Notes: a model not told the origin generated them from the sequence alone. Numbered from the stretch's first letter, positions 8,778 through 19,146 are shown. The stretch is 32,000 nucleotides of DNA from an uncultured Opitutales bacterium (GCA_934613415.1 CAKTSY010000002.1:90001-122000), one strand, 5' to 3'. Numbers and translations: made by a program.

Positions 8778-11015
8778 ATGGAATATCAAAAACAATGGGA
8801 CGGCTTTTGCAAGGGCGCGTGGTGCGACAATGTAAATACTTTGGATTTTATAGAGCTTAACTATACTCCCTACGAGGGCGATGCTTCGTTTTTAAAGGCG
8901 GCAACTTCGCGCACCGAAAAGATTTGGAAGCAAGTTCTTGCCCTTATGGAGAAGGAACGCCAAAACAACGGGCTTTTGGCTGCCGACGTTTCAACCCCGT
9001 CTCAAATAGATTCGCATAAGGCAGGCTACATAGACAAAGAAAACGAAATTATTGTAGGCTTGCAGACCGACGCCCCTCTAAAGCGCGCAATTATGCCGTT
9101 TGGCGGCTACAGAATGGTGCAGTCGTCTTGTCAGGCATACGGCCTGCAGGAAGACCCTCTTATTCGCGAAATTTTCACCAAATACAGAAAAACGCACAAT
9201 CAAGGCGTTTTCGATGCGTATACTCCCGACATTAAGGCGGCGCGCCACAGCGCAATTATTACGGGCTTGCCCGACGCCTACGGCCGCGGCCGCATTATAG
9301 GCGACTATCGCCGTCTTGCCCTATACGGCATAGACATTTTGATTGCCGACAAAACCGCCCAAAAGGCCGAGTCGGACAACGCCGTTATGGACGAAAACAC
9401 CATACGCTTAAGAGAGGAGCTTTCCGAGCAGATAAACGCCCTAAAGCAGATTAAGGCAATGGCCGCCGAATACGGCTGCGACATTTCTAATCCTGCGGCA
9501 AATTTCAAAGAGGCGGTGCAGTGGGTATATTTTGCGTATTTGGCCGCAATTAAAGACCAAAACGGGGCGGCGATGAGCCTTGGCAGAACCACAAGCTTTT
9601 TGGATATATATGCCGAGCGCGACCTTAAAAACGGCACAATTACCGAAGAACAAGCGCAGGAAATTATGGACGACTTTATCATAAAGCTTCGCATGGTGCG
9701 CTTTTTAAGAACCCCCGAATATAACGAGCTTTTTAGCGGCGACCCCGTTTGGGTAACCGAATCGGTTGGCGGAATGAATAATTCTGGCAAAACTTTTGTA
9801 ACAAAAAACTCGTTCAGGCTGTTGCACACATTGTCGAACTTAGGACCCGCTCCCGAGCCGAACATTACGGTGCTTTGGTCGGTAAATCTGCCCGAAGGCT
9901 TTAAGGAATTTTGCGCAAAAACGTCTATAAAAACTTCGGCAATTCAATACGAAAACGACGACTTAATGCGCCCGATTTTCGGGCACGACTACGGCATTGC
10001 CTGTTGTGTTTCGCCGATGATTATCGGCAAGGAAATGCAGTTTTTCGGTGCTAGGGCAAACTTGGCAAAGGCCTTGCTATATGCCATTAACGGCGGCTAC
10101 GACGAACGCCTAAAAATAAAGGTTGCCGACGGCTTTGAGCCCATTACAAGCGAATATCTCGACTACGACGAGGTCGACAAAAAGTTCGACAAAATGATGG
10201 ATTGGCTTAGCCGAACCTATGTAAACGCCCTGAACATAATCCACTACATGCACGACAAATACTACTACGAAAAGGCGCAGATGGCCTTTATGGACAAAGA
10301 CGCCGTGCGCAAGCTCGGCTGCGGCATTGCGGGCTTTTCGGTTGTAGTAGACTCGCTTTCGGCCATAAAATACGCAAAAGTTAAACCCGTAAGAGACGAA
10401 AACGGCATTGCCGTAGACTTTAAGATAGAGGGCGACTTTCCCAAATACGGCAATAACGACGACCGCGTAGACGCCATTGCCACAAACTTGGTAAAGAGGT
10501 TTATGGATAAAATCCGCAAGCTTTATATGTATAGAAACGCAGTGCCTACGCAGTCGATTTTAACGATTACTTCGAACGTAGTTTACGGCAAAAAAACGGG
10601 CAATACGCCCGACGGACGCCCCGCAGGCGTTCCCTTTGCCCCTGGGGCAAATCCGCTTCACGGCCGCGACTGCAACGGGGCTTTGGCTTCGCTTTGCTCG
10701 GTTGCAAAACTGCCATTCGAGCACGCAAAAGACGGCATTTCGAACACGTTTTCAATCTTGCCCAATTCGCTCGGCAAAGACGAAACGCAGCAAGTTAAAA
10801 ACCTGATTTCGCTTATAGACGGCTACGCCGCAAAAATGGGGCAGCACTTAAACGTAAACGTGCTTTGCCGAGAAACGCTTCTAGACGCAATGGAGCACCC
10901 CGAAAAGTATCCGCAGCTTACGATAAGGGTTTCGGGGTATGCAGTAAACTTTATTAAGCTTACAAAACCTCAGCAGCAAGACGTAATAAGCCGCACGTTC
11001 CACAGCCGCTTTTAG
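8778..11015 (+). CDS. pflB: formate C-acetyltransferase (pyruvate formate-lyase)
   Basis: 745 aa with the catalytic Cys-Cys (GIACCVSP) and the C-terminal glycyl-radical motif RVSGYAV. Confidence 0.97.
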   Translation: MEYQKQWDGFCKGAWCDNVNTLDFIELNYTPYEGDASFLKAATSRTEKIWKQVLALMEKERQNNGLLAADVSTPSQIDSHKAGYIDKENEIIVGLQTDAPLKRAIMPFGGYRMVQSSCQAYGLQEDPLIREIFTKYRKTHNQGVFDAYTPDIKAARHSAIITGLPDAYGRGRIIGDYRRLALYGIDILIADKTAQKAESDNAVMDENTIRLREELSEQINALKQIKAMAAEYGCDISNPAANFKEAVQWVYFAYLAAIKDQNGAAMSLGRTTSFLDIYAERDLKNGTITEEQAQEIMDDFIIKLRMVRFLRTPEYNELFSGDPVWVTESVGGMNNSGKTFVTKNSFRLLHTLSNLGPAPEPNITVLWSVNLPEGFKEFCAKTSIKTSAIQYENDDLMRPIFGHDYGIACCVSPMIIGKEMQFFGARANLAKALLYAINGGYDERLKIKVADGFEPITSEYLDYDEVDKKFDKMMDWLSRTYVNALNIIHYMHDKYYYEKAQMAFMDKDAVRKLGCGIAGFSVVVDSLSAIKYAKVKPVRDENGIAVDFKIEGDFPKYGNNDDRVDAIATNLVKRFMDKIRKLYMYRNAVPTQSILTITSNVVYGKKTGNTPDGRPAGVPFAPGANPLHGRDCNGALASLCSVAKLPFEHAKDGISNTFSILPNSLGKDETQQVKNLISLIDGYAAKMGQHLNVNVLCRETLLDAMEHPEKYPQLTIRVSGYAVNFIKLTKPQQQDVISRTFHSRF

Positions 11016-11016
11016 A

Positions 11017-11742
11017 ATGCCAAAAGCCCGCATACATTCGGTAGAAACAATGGGGGCTTTAGACGGGCCGGGGTTAAGGTATGTCCTGTTTTTGCAGGGG
11101 TGCCCCTTTAGGTGCATTTTTTGCCATAACCCGGACTCGTGGGCTACCAATGCCCATAACGAAAAGTCGACAACCGAGGTTTTTTTAGACGTAAAAAAAT
11201 ATGCCGAATTTTTTAAATTTAGCGACGGGGGCGTTACGGTTTCGGGTGGCGAGCCGTTTTTGCAAAGCGGCTTTTTAGAGGAGCTTTTTGCCCTGTTAAA
11301 AGCCGAAAATATTTCGACTTGCGCCGATACCTGCGGCGGAGTTGATTTAAGCGATTCCGTAAAAAACGCGATTGCGCTAACCGACATATTCTTGTTGGAC
11401 ATTAAGCACTTGGACGAACAAAAACATCTTGAAATTACGGGCAAGCCATTCGCCAAAACAAGGGCATTTTTAGATTACATATCGGCGCAAAACAAGCGAA
11501 TTTGGATTAGGCAGGTTTTGCTTGAAAATATTACCGCCACAGAGCAATACGCAAGGGCGCTGGCTGAATTTTTAAAGCCCTATAATATCGAAAAAGTAGA
11601 GCTTTTGCCATATCACGATATGGGCAAGCAAAAGTGGGAAAAGCTGGGGATAAAATATGCCCTAAACGATATGAAGCCGCCGTCTAAAGAGGCAGTTGAC
11701 TGCGTAAAAAACATACTTATTGAAAGCGGATATACCCTTTAG
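11017..11742 (+). CDS. pflA: pyruvate formate-lyase activating enzyme (radical SAM)
   Basis: CPFRCIFCHNP carries the CxxxCxxC motif. It starts 1 nt after the pflB stop. Confidence 0.95.
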   Translation: MPKARIHSVETMGALDGPGLRYVLFLQGCPFRCIFCHNPDSWATNAHNEKSTTEVFLDVKKYAEFFKFSDGGVTVSGGEPFLQSGFLEELFALLKAENISTCADTCGGVDLSDSVKNAIALTDIFLLDIKHLDEQKHLEITGKPFAKTRAFLDYISAQNKRIWIRQVLLENITATEQYARALAEFLKPYNIEKVELLPYHDMGKQKWEKLGIKYALNDMKPPSKEAVDCVKNILIESGYTL

Positions 11743-11813
11743 CGGTGCAGTTTTGCCTATTTACTTTTCGGCAAATCGGTGTAAAATACCCGAAAATAGA
11801 AAGGTTGTTCATT

Positions 11814-12347
11814 ATGAAAAAAGTTTTAGTTATAACATCGTCTTTAAGAGAGCACGGCAATTCGAACGCCTTGGCAAATGAGTTTGCAAAGGGCGCAAAA
11901 GAGGCGGGAAACTCTGTTGAAGTTGTTTCGCTTGCAGGCAAAAACATTGCATTTTGCAGAGGCTGCCTGGCATGCCAAAAAACGCTAAAATGCGTTATAA
12001 ACGACGATGCCGTGCCGATTGCCGAAAAGATGAAAAACGCAAACGTTATAGCCTTTGCAACCCCCATATACTACTATTCGGTGTGCGGGCAACTAAAGAC
12101 TATGCTAGACAGGGCAAACCCGCTTTTTGCAAGCGACTACAAGTTTACCGACATATATTTGCTCGCTTCGGCGGCAGACGATGCCAAAAGCGCAATGGAC
12201 GGCGCCGTAAGCGACATAACTGGCTGGGCAAGCTGCTTTGAAAAGTGCTCGCTAAAGGGAGTAGTTCGCGGTGTGGGAGCTACCGGAATAGGCGAAATTT
12301 CTAAAGAAGCCCTAGACGAAGCCCATAAAATGGGCAAGTTGGCATAG
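11814..12347 (+). CDS. flavodoxin-like NAD(P)H-dependent FMN reductase / iron-sulfur flavoprotein-like
   Basis: MKKVLVITSSLREHGNSNALA... and ...ATPIYYYSVCGQLKTMLDR are typical of the family. ATG 11814 with an AAAGG SD is preferred over the track start at 11745. Confidence 0.8.
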   Translation: MKKVLVITSSLREHGNSNALANEFAKGAKEAGNSVEVVSLAGKNIAFCRGCLACQKTLKCVINDDAVPIAEKMKNANVIAFATPIYYYSVCGQLKTMLDRANPLFASDYKFTDIYLLASAADDAKSAMDGAVSDITGWASCFEKCSLKGVVRGVGATGIGEISKEALDEAHKMGKLA

Positions 12348-12384
12348 TTTTACAATAGTTTAATAGTTTTTTTACTGCGCAACA

Positions 12385-12430
12385 AAGCGTTAAAAAATTA
12401 CAAAAACGTAATTTTTTAACGCTTATTTTG
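12385..12430 (+). terminator. intrinsic terminator (17-bp perfect AT-rich stem)
   Basis: AAGCGTTAAAAAATTAC pairs with GTAATTTTTTAACGCTT and is followed by ATTTTG. Confidence 0.65.
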
Positions 12431-12558
12431 TTTATGCAGATTCATTTTTTTTGATTTTTAAAAAATCGTGTAAGATTTTTGTAAAATTTTAGAATAAATA
12501 TAACAATAGTGTAATTGTATATATCGCTATGTATAAATTTATAAATTTTACAGGTTAT

Positions 12559-15500
12559 ATGAAAAAATCGATATTAACATTGTCTACTCTGGCAATTTTT
12601 GCGGGGGCTGCCTTTGCGCAGGACCCTACAAAGATATGGAGCATAGAAAACCAGGATTCGTACACGATTAACGCGGGCGAATATATACAAGCCGAAGGCT
12701 ACTACTACAATACTACGGGTGAACAGCACAGGGGCCCCGTTTACAATGTAGGCACGCTTACAATAAACGGCACATTCGAAACCTACGTTTTGGCAAGTGC
12801 GCAAAGTTTGTTGGACGCCAAAAAGATTTTGGGCGACGGCCAACTAAATATAAATTCGGCTTTATTTATTGGCGAAAACAACGACTTTACCAGCTTTGCC
12901 GGCAAAGTAGACATTCAAAGAGGGTGCTTGTGGTTTGCAAATGCAAAAAGCAATGCGTCGGTAAACGCCAGCGAAATAAATTTGGCAAACAACACGCAGC
13001 TTAATTTTACTAGCGGCAGCTACGCTATAGGCAGCGCAATAAAAGGCTCTGGCACAATTCGCGCAATAAAGTATCCCGACAACCAGATTGAAGATGGCGT
13101 ATATATAATTAAAGACGCCACCCCTGCGAACATTACCCTTGCAGGCGACATTTCTCAATTTAACGGAATCTATCAGGCCGAAGACAAATCCAGAATAATT
13201 CTAAAAACAGCCCTTGCCGACAGTGTAGATTTTAGGGGAGCAACAAACGGTTCTTTAGAGCTTGTCGGCAGCGACTCGGCAAGGAAGACAATTGCCGTAA
13301 ATTCGTTTTCTACAACAACCACAAGCGGCGATGTTTATATGTATGGCAACAAGGCCGTAATTAAAAGCAATGCAGCCAACGGCAAAGTCGGCGAAAATTC
13401 GGGCACAATCTACTTCGGAGGCAACGGCGCCCATACTCAGGAAAATCAGGTAATATATACTTTCGACAAAACAACGGTTTTGGGCGAAAACGCTGGCAAC
13501 GTTACAATAGGCGGCCGCGGTACGGGTTCTGTAATGGCAAAGGGCGCAAACATTACAGTTATCGACAATATAAAAGCGGGCAACATTGTGTTTGGCGGTG
13601 CAGACGGCGCAGTTGTTGAAGGCAACACGCTTCTTGCTATGGATTCCGGCGAAGTTTCGGCAATCTACGGCGGAATGAACGGCGTTCACAACGGCTCTAC
13701 CACGATAAAGGTGAGTGGCGGCAAAGTAGGCAGGATACACGGAGGCGACCACGCAGGCGGCAATGTAAACGGCAACATATACATAGAAGTTAAAGACGCC
13801 CAAGTAGGCGAAATATACGGTTCGAACTACCACTACGACCCGTCTTACCAAACAAAATTCGAAGGCGTAAACGGAAACGTTCAAATTACCGTAGGCGGCA
13901 ACGCCAAGGTAGGGCAAATCCGCGGCGGCATAAATACTTCGGCCCAGGAAAGCGAAGACATTGCCAAAGAAAAAATGATTTTGGGCGGCTCGGTTTCGAT
14001 TGGCGTAAAGGGCAACTCTACTGTAGGCGATGGAGATATAGCAATTTTGGGCGCGGGCGGTTCGTATGGCTCGGTTAAAGAGCACACTTCAATTAACGTA
14101 TCCGAAAACGCCACAATTAACGGCGATATCTATGCTGGTGCAAACAGCGTTTCGGACGACAATAGCGGCAACTTGCCCTATGTAGGCACAAGCACTTGGC
14201 TTACAATTGCCGACAATGCAACCGTAAACGGCAGTCTTTACGGCGGCAGTCGCAGAAACGGCGTTGTTAAGAACAATGCCTACACAACTGTTGCAGGCGG
14301 CACAATTAACGGCAACGTTTACGGCGGCGGCAAAGAAGGCAGTTCGGTAGACGGTATGGCGGTTGTAAGCATTGGCTCTACGGCGGGGGCAACCGCGGTT
14401 GTTAACGGCGATGTGTTTGGCGGCGGCAAAAACGGCGGCGTTGTAAACAAGCAAACCTATGTAAAGGTATACGACGGCGCAACCATTACCGGCAACCTAT
14501 ATGGCGGCGGCGAAAATGCCGATGTAAACGGCACGTCGCAAATGGAAATCTACGGCGGCAAAATTTTGGGCGATATTTACGGCGGCGGCAAAGACGGCGG
14601 CGTAACCAAAAATTCCTCCATACGCTTTGTAAGCAATGTTGACTTTACGGGCACAGTAAATGGCGGCGGCGAAAACGGCGCAACTGTTATAGGCCAAAAA
14701 GTTTTAACATTTGGCGGTTGGGGCAACGGCGAAAAGTGGGAAGGCGACTTTAACGGCAAAGTCGAAAACATAAACGCAGTTGTTCTTACAAACAACTCCA
14801 ATGTAAACAACCTTAACATGAAGCTTACCGAACGCACAAACTTTGGCGGCACGGGCACATTGTCGGTTGTTGCAGATATGCAAAATGTAAATATAAAAGA
14901 CCAATGCCTGGTAAATGTTACAGGTTCAGCTCCCTTAGATGTTACATTTAAAAATTCTAAGTTTGTAGGCAATACCTTGGATATGAACTCGTTCGGCGTA
15001 TTCTTGCACTGGGGCGTCGGCAAAATGGCGTTCGACGGCACGCTTATTGAAAACAACAACATAACGCGTTCCGACGGCGACAAGGTTCAGGGCATGCTCT
15101 ACTACAACGGTTCGGGCAGCGGCGAAGTATTAAATACTGTTCTTAAAAACAACACCATCACAGCTTCGCAGGTTCAAAGCTCGGGCATTTTTGTATACCA
15201 GCAAGACTTAAACGTTTCGGGCTCGAAATTTATTGGCAACAAATCTATAGGCTCAAGTTCGAAACTTACAAACGGCGCGTTTTATGTTGAAAACCAAAGC
15301 GCAAGCGAAAAGCTTGTAACGGTTTCGGATACATTATTCGAAGGTAATTCGGCAGAAAACACCGCCGATGCGGCCATGGCAAGGGGCGGCGCGTTGTCGG
15401 TTGTAAAGCGCGTTAAAAGCGGCGAAACAAAAGGCGCGGGCGTAAACGTTATTTTAAACGATGTTGCGTTTAGCAACAATACCGCGGGCAAGGGCGGTGC

Positions 15501-16512
15501 AATTTATGTAGGCGGCGAAAGCCTTACAATAAACGCCACAAAGTCGGCAACTTTTGCCGGAAATACGGCTACAAACGGCGGCTTCCTTTATATGGATAAC
15601 GGCGAAGAAGGCAGCACTGCCACGGCAAATGTTTCCTTTAACGTTTCAAACGGCGCAAATATTGCAATAGGTACGACAAACGGCGCAAGCGACTCTATTG
15701 AAGGCGTAGCTTCTGCAGTGCTTTCTAAAAGCGGGCAAGGCAGCCTAACTGTAAACGGCTCTATGGCAAACTTTGCCGGTACATTAAATGTAAACGAAGG
15801 CACAATGTCGGCAAACAACGGCTTGGGTGCAAAATCGGTAAATATTGCGGCTGCCGCAACCCTCGGCGTAGCTTTGGGCAACAATGCTTTGGCAAATTCT
15901 ACCGTTGTAAACAACGGCACACTTTCGCTTAAGCGCGGTTCGTTGGCAGACGGCGCAACATTTACCCTTAACAACTATTCCGGTTCGGGGGCTCTTAAGG
16001 CGTTCGGCGGTATGGTTGAAGGCAACACATTTACCGCGGGCAAAAGCGCAACGTTCGAATCTTCGGCAATTACAATAGGCACGGGCGCAAGCGACGTTCA
16101 AAGCGTAAATCTTGCCGGCAAGCTTGCCTTGGATTTCGATGTTTCAAACTTGGGCGAAAACGCCCTTACCTTGAACAATATAAGCGAATCTACCAACTTA
16201 AGCGGAATACAGGGCAATGTTCTTGCCGCATTCGATGTTGATTTAACCGACAACGGCAACGACTATAGCGTTGTATTTGCAGCCTATGTAGGCGCGCTTG
16301 AAGATGCAAGCCAGCTTGTTGCATGGCACAAGGGCAAAGACGGCAATTGGACAAAACTCGACACGGTTATCGACTATGCCGACGAATTTGCAAGCATTGT
16401 TGTAGACGGCTTTAGCTCGTACGCAATCTCGCAAGTGCCCGAACCTTCAACTTGGGCTGCAATATTCGGCGCATTGGCGTTGACTTTGGCAATTTATCGC
16501 AGAAGAAAGTAG
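12559..16512 (+). CDS. giant PEP-CTERM-anchored beta-helical surface protein with Pmp-like (GGA[ILV]/FxxN) and autotransporter-passenger-like repeats
   Basis: Signal peptide MKKSILTLSTLAIFAGAAFA-QD (ATG 12559 preferred over 12529). It has ...YGGG... rung repeats. FVGN, FIGN, FEGN, FSNN..GGAIYV and FAGN..GGFLYM motifs are present. The C-terminal VPEPSTWAAIFGALALTLAIYRRRK is a textbook PEP-CTERM sorting signal. Confidence 0.85.
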   Translation: MKKSILTLSTLAIFAGAAFAQDPTKIWSIENQDSYTINAGEYIQAEGYYYNTTGEQHRGPVYNVGTLTINGTFETYVLASAQSLLDAKKILGDGQLNINSALFIGENNDFTSFAGKVDIQRGCLWFANAKSNASVNASEINLANNTQLNFTSGSYAIGSAIKGSGTIRAIKYPDNQIEDGVYIIKDATPANITLAGDISQFNGIYQAEDKSRIILKTALADSVDFRGATNGSLELVGSDSARKTIAVNSFSTTTTSGDVYMYGNKAVIKSNAANGKVGENSGTIYFGGNGAHTQENQVIYTFDKTTVLGENAGNVTIGGRGTGSVMAKGANITVIDNIKAGNIVFGGADGAVVEGNTLLAMDSGEVSAIYGGMNGVHNGSTTIKVSGGKVGRIHGGDHAGGNVNGNIYIEVKDAQVGEIYGSNYHYDPSYQTKFEGVNGNVQITVGGNAKVGQIRGGINTSAQESEDIAKEKMILGGSVSIGVKGNSTVGDGDIAILGAGGSYGSVKEHTSINVSENATINGDIYAGANSVSDDNSGNLPYVGTSTWLTIADNATVNGSLYGGSRRNGVVKNNAYTTVAGGTINGNVYGGGKEGSSVDGMAVVSIGSTAGATAVVNGDVFGGGKNGGVVNKQTYVKVYDGATITGNLYGGGENADVNGTSQMEIYGGKILGDIYGGGKDGGVTKNSSIRFVSNVDFTGTVNGGGENGATVIGQKVLTFGGWGNGEKWEGDFNGKVENINAVVLTNNSNVNNLNMKLTERTNFGGTGTLSVVADMQNVNIKDQCLVNVTGSAPLDVTFKNSKFVGNTLDMNSFGVFLHWGVGKMAFDGTLIENNNITRSDGDKVQGMLYYNGSGSGEVLNTVLKNNTITASQVQSSGIFVYQQDLNVSGSKFIGNKSIGSSSKLTNGAFYVENQSASEKLVTVSDTLFEGNSAENTADAAMARGGALSVVKRVKSGETKGAGVNVILNDVAFSNNTAGKGGAIYVGGESLTINATKSATFAGNTATNGGFLYMDNGEEGSTATANVSFNVSNGANIAIGTTNGASDSIEGVASAVLSKSGQGSLTVNGSMANFAGTLNVNEGTMSANNGLGAKSVNIAAAATLGVALGNNALANSTVVNNGTLSLKRGSLADGATFTLNNYSGSGALKAFGGMVEGNTFTAGKSATFESSAITIGTGASDVQSVNLAGKLALDFDVSNLGENALTLNNISESTNLSGIQGNVLAAFDVDLTDNGNDYSVVFAAYVGALEDASQLVAWHKGKDGNWTKLDTVIDYADEFASIVVDGFSSYAISQVPEPSTWAAIFGALALTLAIYRRRK
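13640..14700 (+). repeat. degenerate tandem coding repeats (beta-helix rungs, about 26-32 aa period)
   Basis: Recurrent (N/D)G(N/D)(I/V/L)(Y/F)GGG(K/E)(N/D/E)G units. GGCGGCGGC(A/G)AAA recurs near 14324, 14419, 14503, 14581 and 14664. Confidence 0.7.
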
Positions 16513-16570
16513 TTAAGTTTGTTGCGATAATTCAAGAGCCTTTCGGCACCCCCCGAAAGGCTCTTTTTTT
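16435..16570 (+). repeat. PEP-CTERM 3' module, copy 1 (coding tail plus terminator)
   Basis: Paralogous to 19069..19207. 67 of 78 coding positions are identical by hand alignment, including a 44-nt run with 2 mismatches. Both terminators share the AAGAGCCTTTC left arm. Confidence 0.75.
16535..16570 (+). terminator. intrinsic terminator
   Basis: AGAGCCTTTCGG pairs with CCGAAAGGCTCT (12 bp) and is followed by T7. Confidence 0.8.
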
Positions 16571-16596
16571 GCGGTTTTGCAAAGTAAGCGCAATTC

Positions 16597-17535
16597 CTAA
16601 AATTTTAAGCCGCATTTGCCGCATTTAGAGCAGCCGTTGCATATGGGGCGGCTGGCGCATTCTTTGCATTGCTCGCCGAAATAGGGAGTGTAGCTTTGGG
16701 TGTTTTCGAATGCAAATTCCGCTTGGTACATTGGCTTTTTAAGCTTGTATTGGAACTTTCGGCCTTCGTAGTAAAAGCCAGATTTATACGCCATTAGGCT
16801 TTGCAGTTTTTTGTCGGGCAAATTGTATATTTTGCCGTTTCTTTCGAAACGCGTTCCGGTTTCCATAAGGCAAAAAGTTGTGTCGGCAGCCACGCATTCG
16901 TTATACAGTTTTTCAACCCATTCGCATTTTAACACGCGCGAGCCGTCGTAATTTTCGCCGCCTGCAACAACGCGCTCTATAACGCGGCTTTCAAGATATT
17001 TTGCAAGCGAAACTTCGCCTATAAAGGGGGCAACCATAACGCCCTTGTGCTTGAACGGCAGTTCCAGCAAAATCGGCAAACGTTCGTCGGCGCGGGTTTG
17101 GTTTTCGGCGGTAACGTTGAAAAACACGTTTTCGTAGCCTTCGTTCCAGTTTTTCGGTAACCGCTTTTCAACCAACTCGGGGCGTTTTGTAAGCAGGTAA
17201 AAAATCACGTCGGGGCGGTTGTATATAATTTCCCAGGCTTGGTCGCGCCAAGGGTCGGCCTGCTCTATAAAGAAGTCCGATGTCATACAAACTCTAATTG
17301 TTTCGCCGCTTTTAACTTTATATTCGCCCTTGGCATTGCGCTGCAATGGGTAGTCGAAATTGTTTTTTACCTTAAAAACCTGCGTAGAATTTATATTGCG
17401 TAGCCTGTCTAAAAAATACATGTAGCAGTTGGCGCACCCCTCGCTTTTTTTGGTGCAGCCGTGCCACGGGTTCCAAATATCGTGCATAAGAGAAAATTTT
17501 TGCGCAAAATCTACATTCTTTGGCAGAATAGTCAA
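16597..17535 (-). CDS. phage Gp37/Gp68 family (DUF5131) three-Cys protein with a C-terminal Cys-rich extension
   Basis: IWNPWHGCTKKSEGCANCY (C-x6-C-x2-C), LLTKRPE, NQTRADERLPILL and VVAGGEN...EWVEKLYNEC match the DUF5131 layout. The tail is CKECASRPICNGCSKCGKC. The track start is a TTG. ATG 17487 is an alternative start, preceded on the minus strand by TTGACT-N16-TAGATT. Confidence 0.8.
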   Translation of the reverse strand: MTILPKNVDFAQKFSLMHDIWNPWHGCTKKSEGCANCYMYFLDRLRNINSTQVFKVKNNFDYPLQRNAKGEYKVKSGETIRVCMTSDFFIEQADPWRDQAWEIIYNRPDVIFYLLTKRPELVEKRLPKNWNEGYENVFFNVTAENQTRADERLPILLELPFKHKGVMVAPFIGEVSLAKYLESRVIERVVAGGENYDGSRVLKCEWVEKLYNECVAADTTFCLMETGTRFERNGKIYNLPDKKLQSLMAYKSGFYYEGRKFQYKLKKPMYQAEFAFENTQSYTPYFGEQCKECASRPICNGCSKCGKCGLKF

Positions 17536-17727
17536 TGCTTGCCAAAGGGTATATTTTTAAAATAGAGCATATGCTTTTGTTGCAACATATTGGTGATTAG
17601 TGCAATAAGTTTTTGCAATGGCAAAATTTATTTTGGCAAATATTATTTTATTGAAAAATTAAGGCTTTAGCGTAGCTTTTTCAAAAATGTATTAATTGGT
17701 ATATAGATACCGGCAAGAATTTAGGAT

Positions 17728-19146
17728 ATGAAAATTAACAACAAGTTTTACATTGCTTTTGCTGCCTTTGGTTTGTTTGCGCAGGCGGTTTTGGCGCAAG
17801 AAACAACAAACATATTCGGCGGCCAAGATAGTTCTTCGGCAACCGAAATTAAGGCAGAAGGCTCGAATCTAGACGTAGTTTTAAACCCGAATTCCGAGGC
17901 TCCTTCCGGCGAAGCTTTCTTTTTCGGCAACGGCAACACAATTGGTTCGCTAAAAACAGCTGGCAATCCCTCTAGCTGGAATATTGGCGAAGGCAAAACC
18001 ATTATAGATATAAATCAGGCAGCCTCGGGCGAATACGAGGCCTTTGTAAACACAGGCTCGATGACGCTGACGGGCAATTCGCAAATTGAATTTGTAAATT
18101 CGGTGGGCAATAGCGCCGTTGCAAAGGTAGACTTAGGCGAATTTACTTTTGCAGGCTCCGACAATCTTGGCGACTACGGTTTGCATTTTAAAACAAACGC
18201 AGTTGTAGAAGGTACCGATTTTACCGCGAAAAAGAACGGGGCAGGTCCGTTGCCTCCCGCAATTTGGGTTACAAACAATTCCAACGTAGTATACAACGTA
18301 AAAAGCAGCACTTTTAAAACAAACACCGAAATGACGGTAGATAAAGGCTCTACGCTAACGGTAAACGGCGTTTTGTATATGACAGCCTACGGCTCGCAGC
18401 TTAATGTAAACGGCACATTTAACTACAACAGCACAAATTTATACCTAAACCAAGTTTTAATTACAGGCACGCTTAATTCTAAAAGCTCGGTTACTTTTAC
18501 GGGGCAAGGTTCTAAAATTAGTGGTAACGGCGCAATAAATTCGGACGGTATTTTAGTGCTTAACAATAACTCTAATTTTACAATTTTAGACAACGCTAAA
18601 ATCAATATTACAAAGGCTAAAGCAACGGTAGACTTAAAGGATAAGTGCGAATTAACCATAGCAGCCAAAAACGCAATAAGCAACAATGGCGCACTTGTAA
18701 GCCTTGCCGTTAGAGCCGAAGAGCTGAGTGCGGCCAATGCCACACTGAACGTTTTGGCCGATAACAAATTCGACAAGCTTTGCTTTAACAGGTCTAGCAA
18801 CACGAGTTTGACGATTACGGTTGCCGACGGCGCGCACTTGTATTTTAATGGTCTAGATCTATCTTCGTATACGTCGGGCAAAATAACGCTTACTATAAAC
18901 GACTTTGTAGAACAAAGCATTTTCTTTAAGGATATTACGGGTTGGGAAGATATTACAACCGTTTCGCTTTCCGATGCAGAGGGCAACGAATATTCGAAAG
19001 ACAAGTTATATTTGGTTGCAGGCAACTACATAGACGGCACAAACGGCTTTTGGCTTTCAACTTCGTCGGTGCCCGAACCTTCTACTTGGGCTGCAATATT
19101 CGGCACATTGGCACTGGCATTGGCAATTTACCGCAAAAGAAGATAA
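17728..19146 (+). CDS. PEP-CTERM-anchored secreted beta-helix-like protein (472 aa)
   Basis: Signal peptide ...FAQAVLA-QE, an N/T/S/G-rich body, and the C-terminal VPEPSTWAAIFGTLALALAIYRKRR. Confidence 0.8.
   Translation: MKINNKFYIAFAAFGLFAQAVLAQETTNIFGGQDSSSATEIKAEGSNLDVVLNPNSEAPSGEAFFFGNGNTIGSLKTAGNPSSWNIGEGKTIIDINQAASGEYEAFVNTGSMTLTGNSQIEFVNSVGNSAVAKVDLGEFTFAGSDNLGDYGLHFKTNAVVEGTDFTAKKNGAGPLPPAIWVTNNSNVVYNVKSSTFKTNTEMTVDKGSTLTVNGVLYMTAYGSQLNVNGTFNYNSTNLYLNQVLITGTLNSKSSVTFTGQGSKISGNGAINSDGILVLNNNSNFTILDNAKINITKAKATVDLKDKCELTIAAKNAISNNGALVSLAVRAEELSAANATLNVLADNKFDKLCFNRSSNTSLTITVADGAHLYFNGLDLSSYTSGKITLTINDFVEQSIFFKDITGWEDITTVSLSDAEGNEYSKDKLYLVAGNYIDGTNGFWLSTSSVPEPSTWAAIFGTLALALAIYRKRR

Noticed and set aside
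9305-9865. 186-aa ORF antisense in pflB, and the 234-aa ORF at 26390..27094 antisense in thiC
   Set aside because: Both lie within highly conserved enzyme genes. They are shadow ORFs.
13640-14700. Periodic repeats that might be mistaken for a CRISPR array or VNTR
   Set aside because: The repeats are degenerate and in-frame, with a variable 78-96 nt period, and they encode beta-helix rungs. There is no repeat-spacer architecture anywhere in the window.
12574-16434. Many antisense or out-of-frame ORFs inside the giant PEP-CTERM gene, for example 13255..14085 (276 aa) and 14577..15083
   Set aside because: They are a by-product of the repetitive GGC/AAC-rich coding sequence. The products are low-complexity, and the sense frame has a signal peptide, repeats and a sorting signal.
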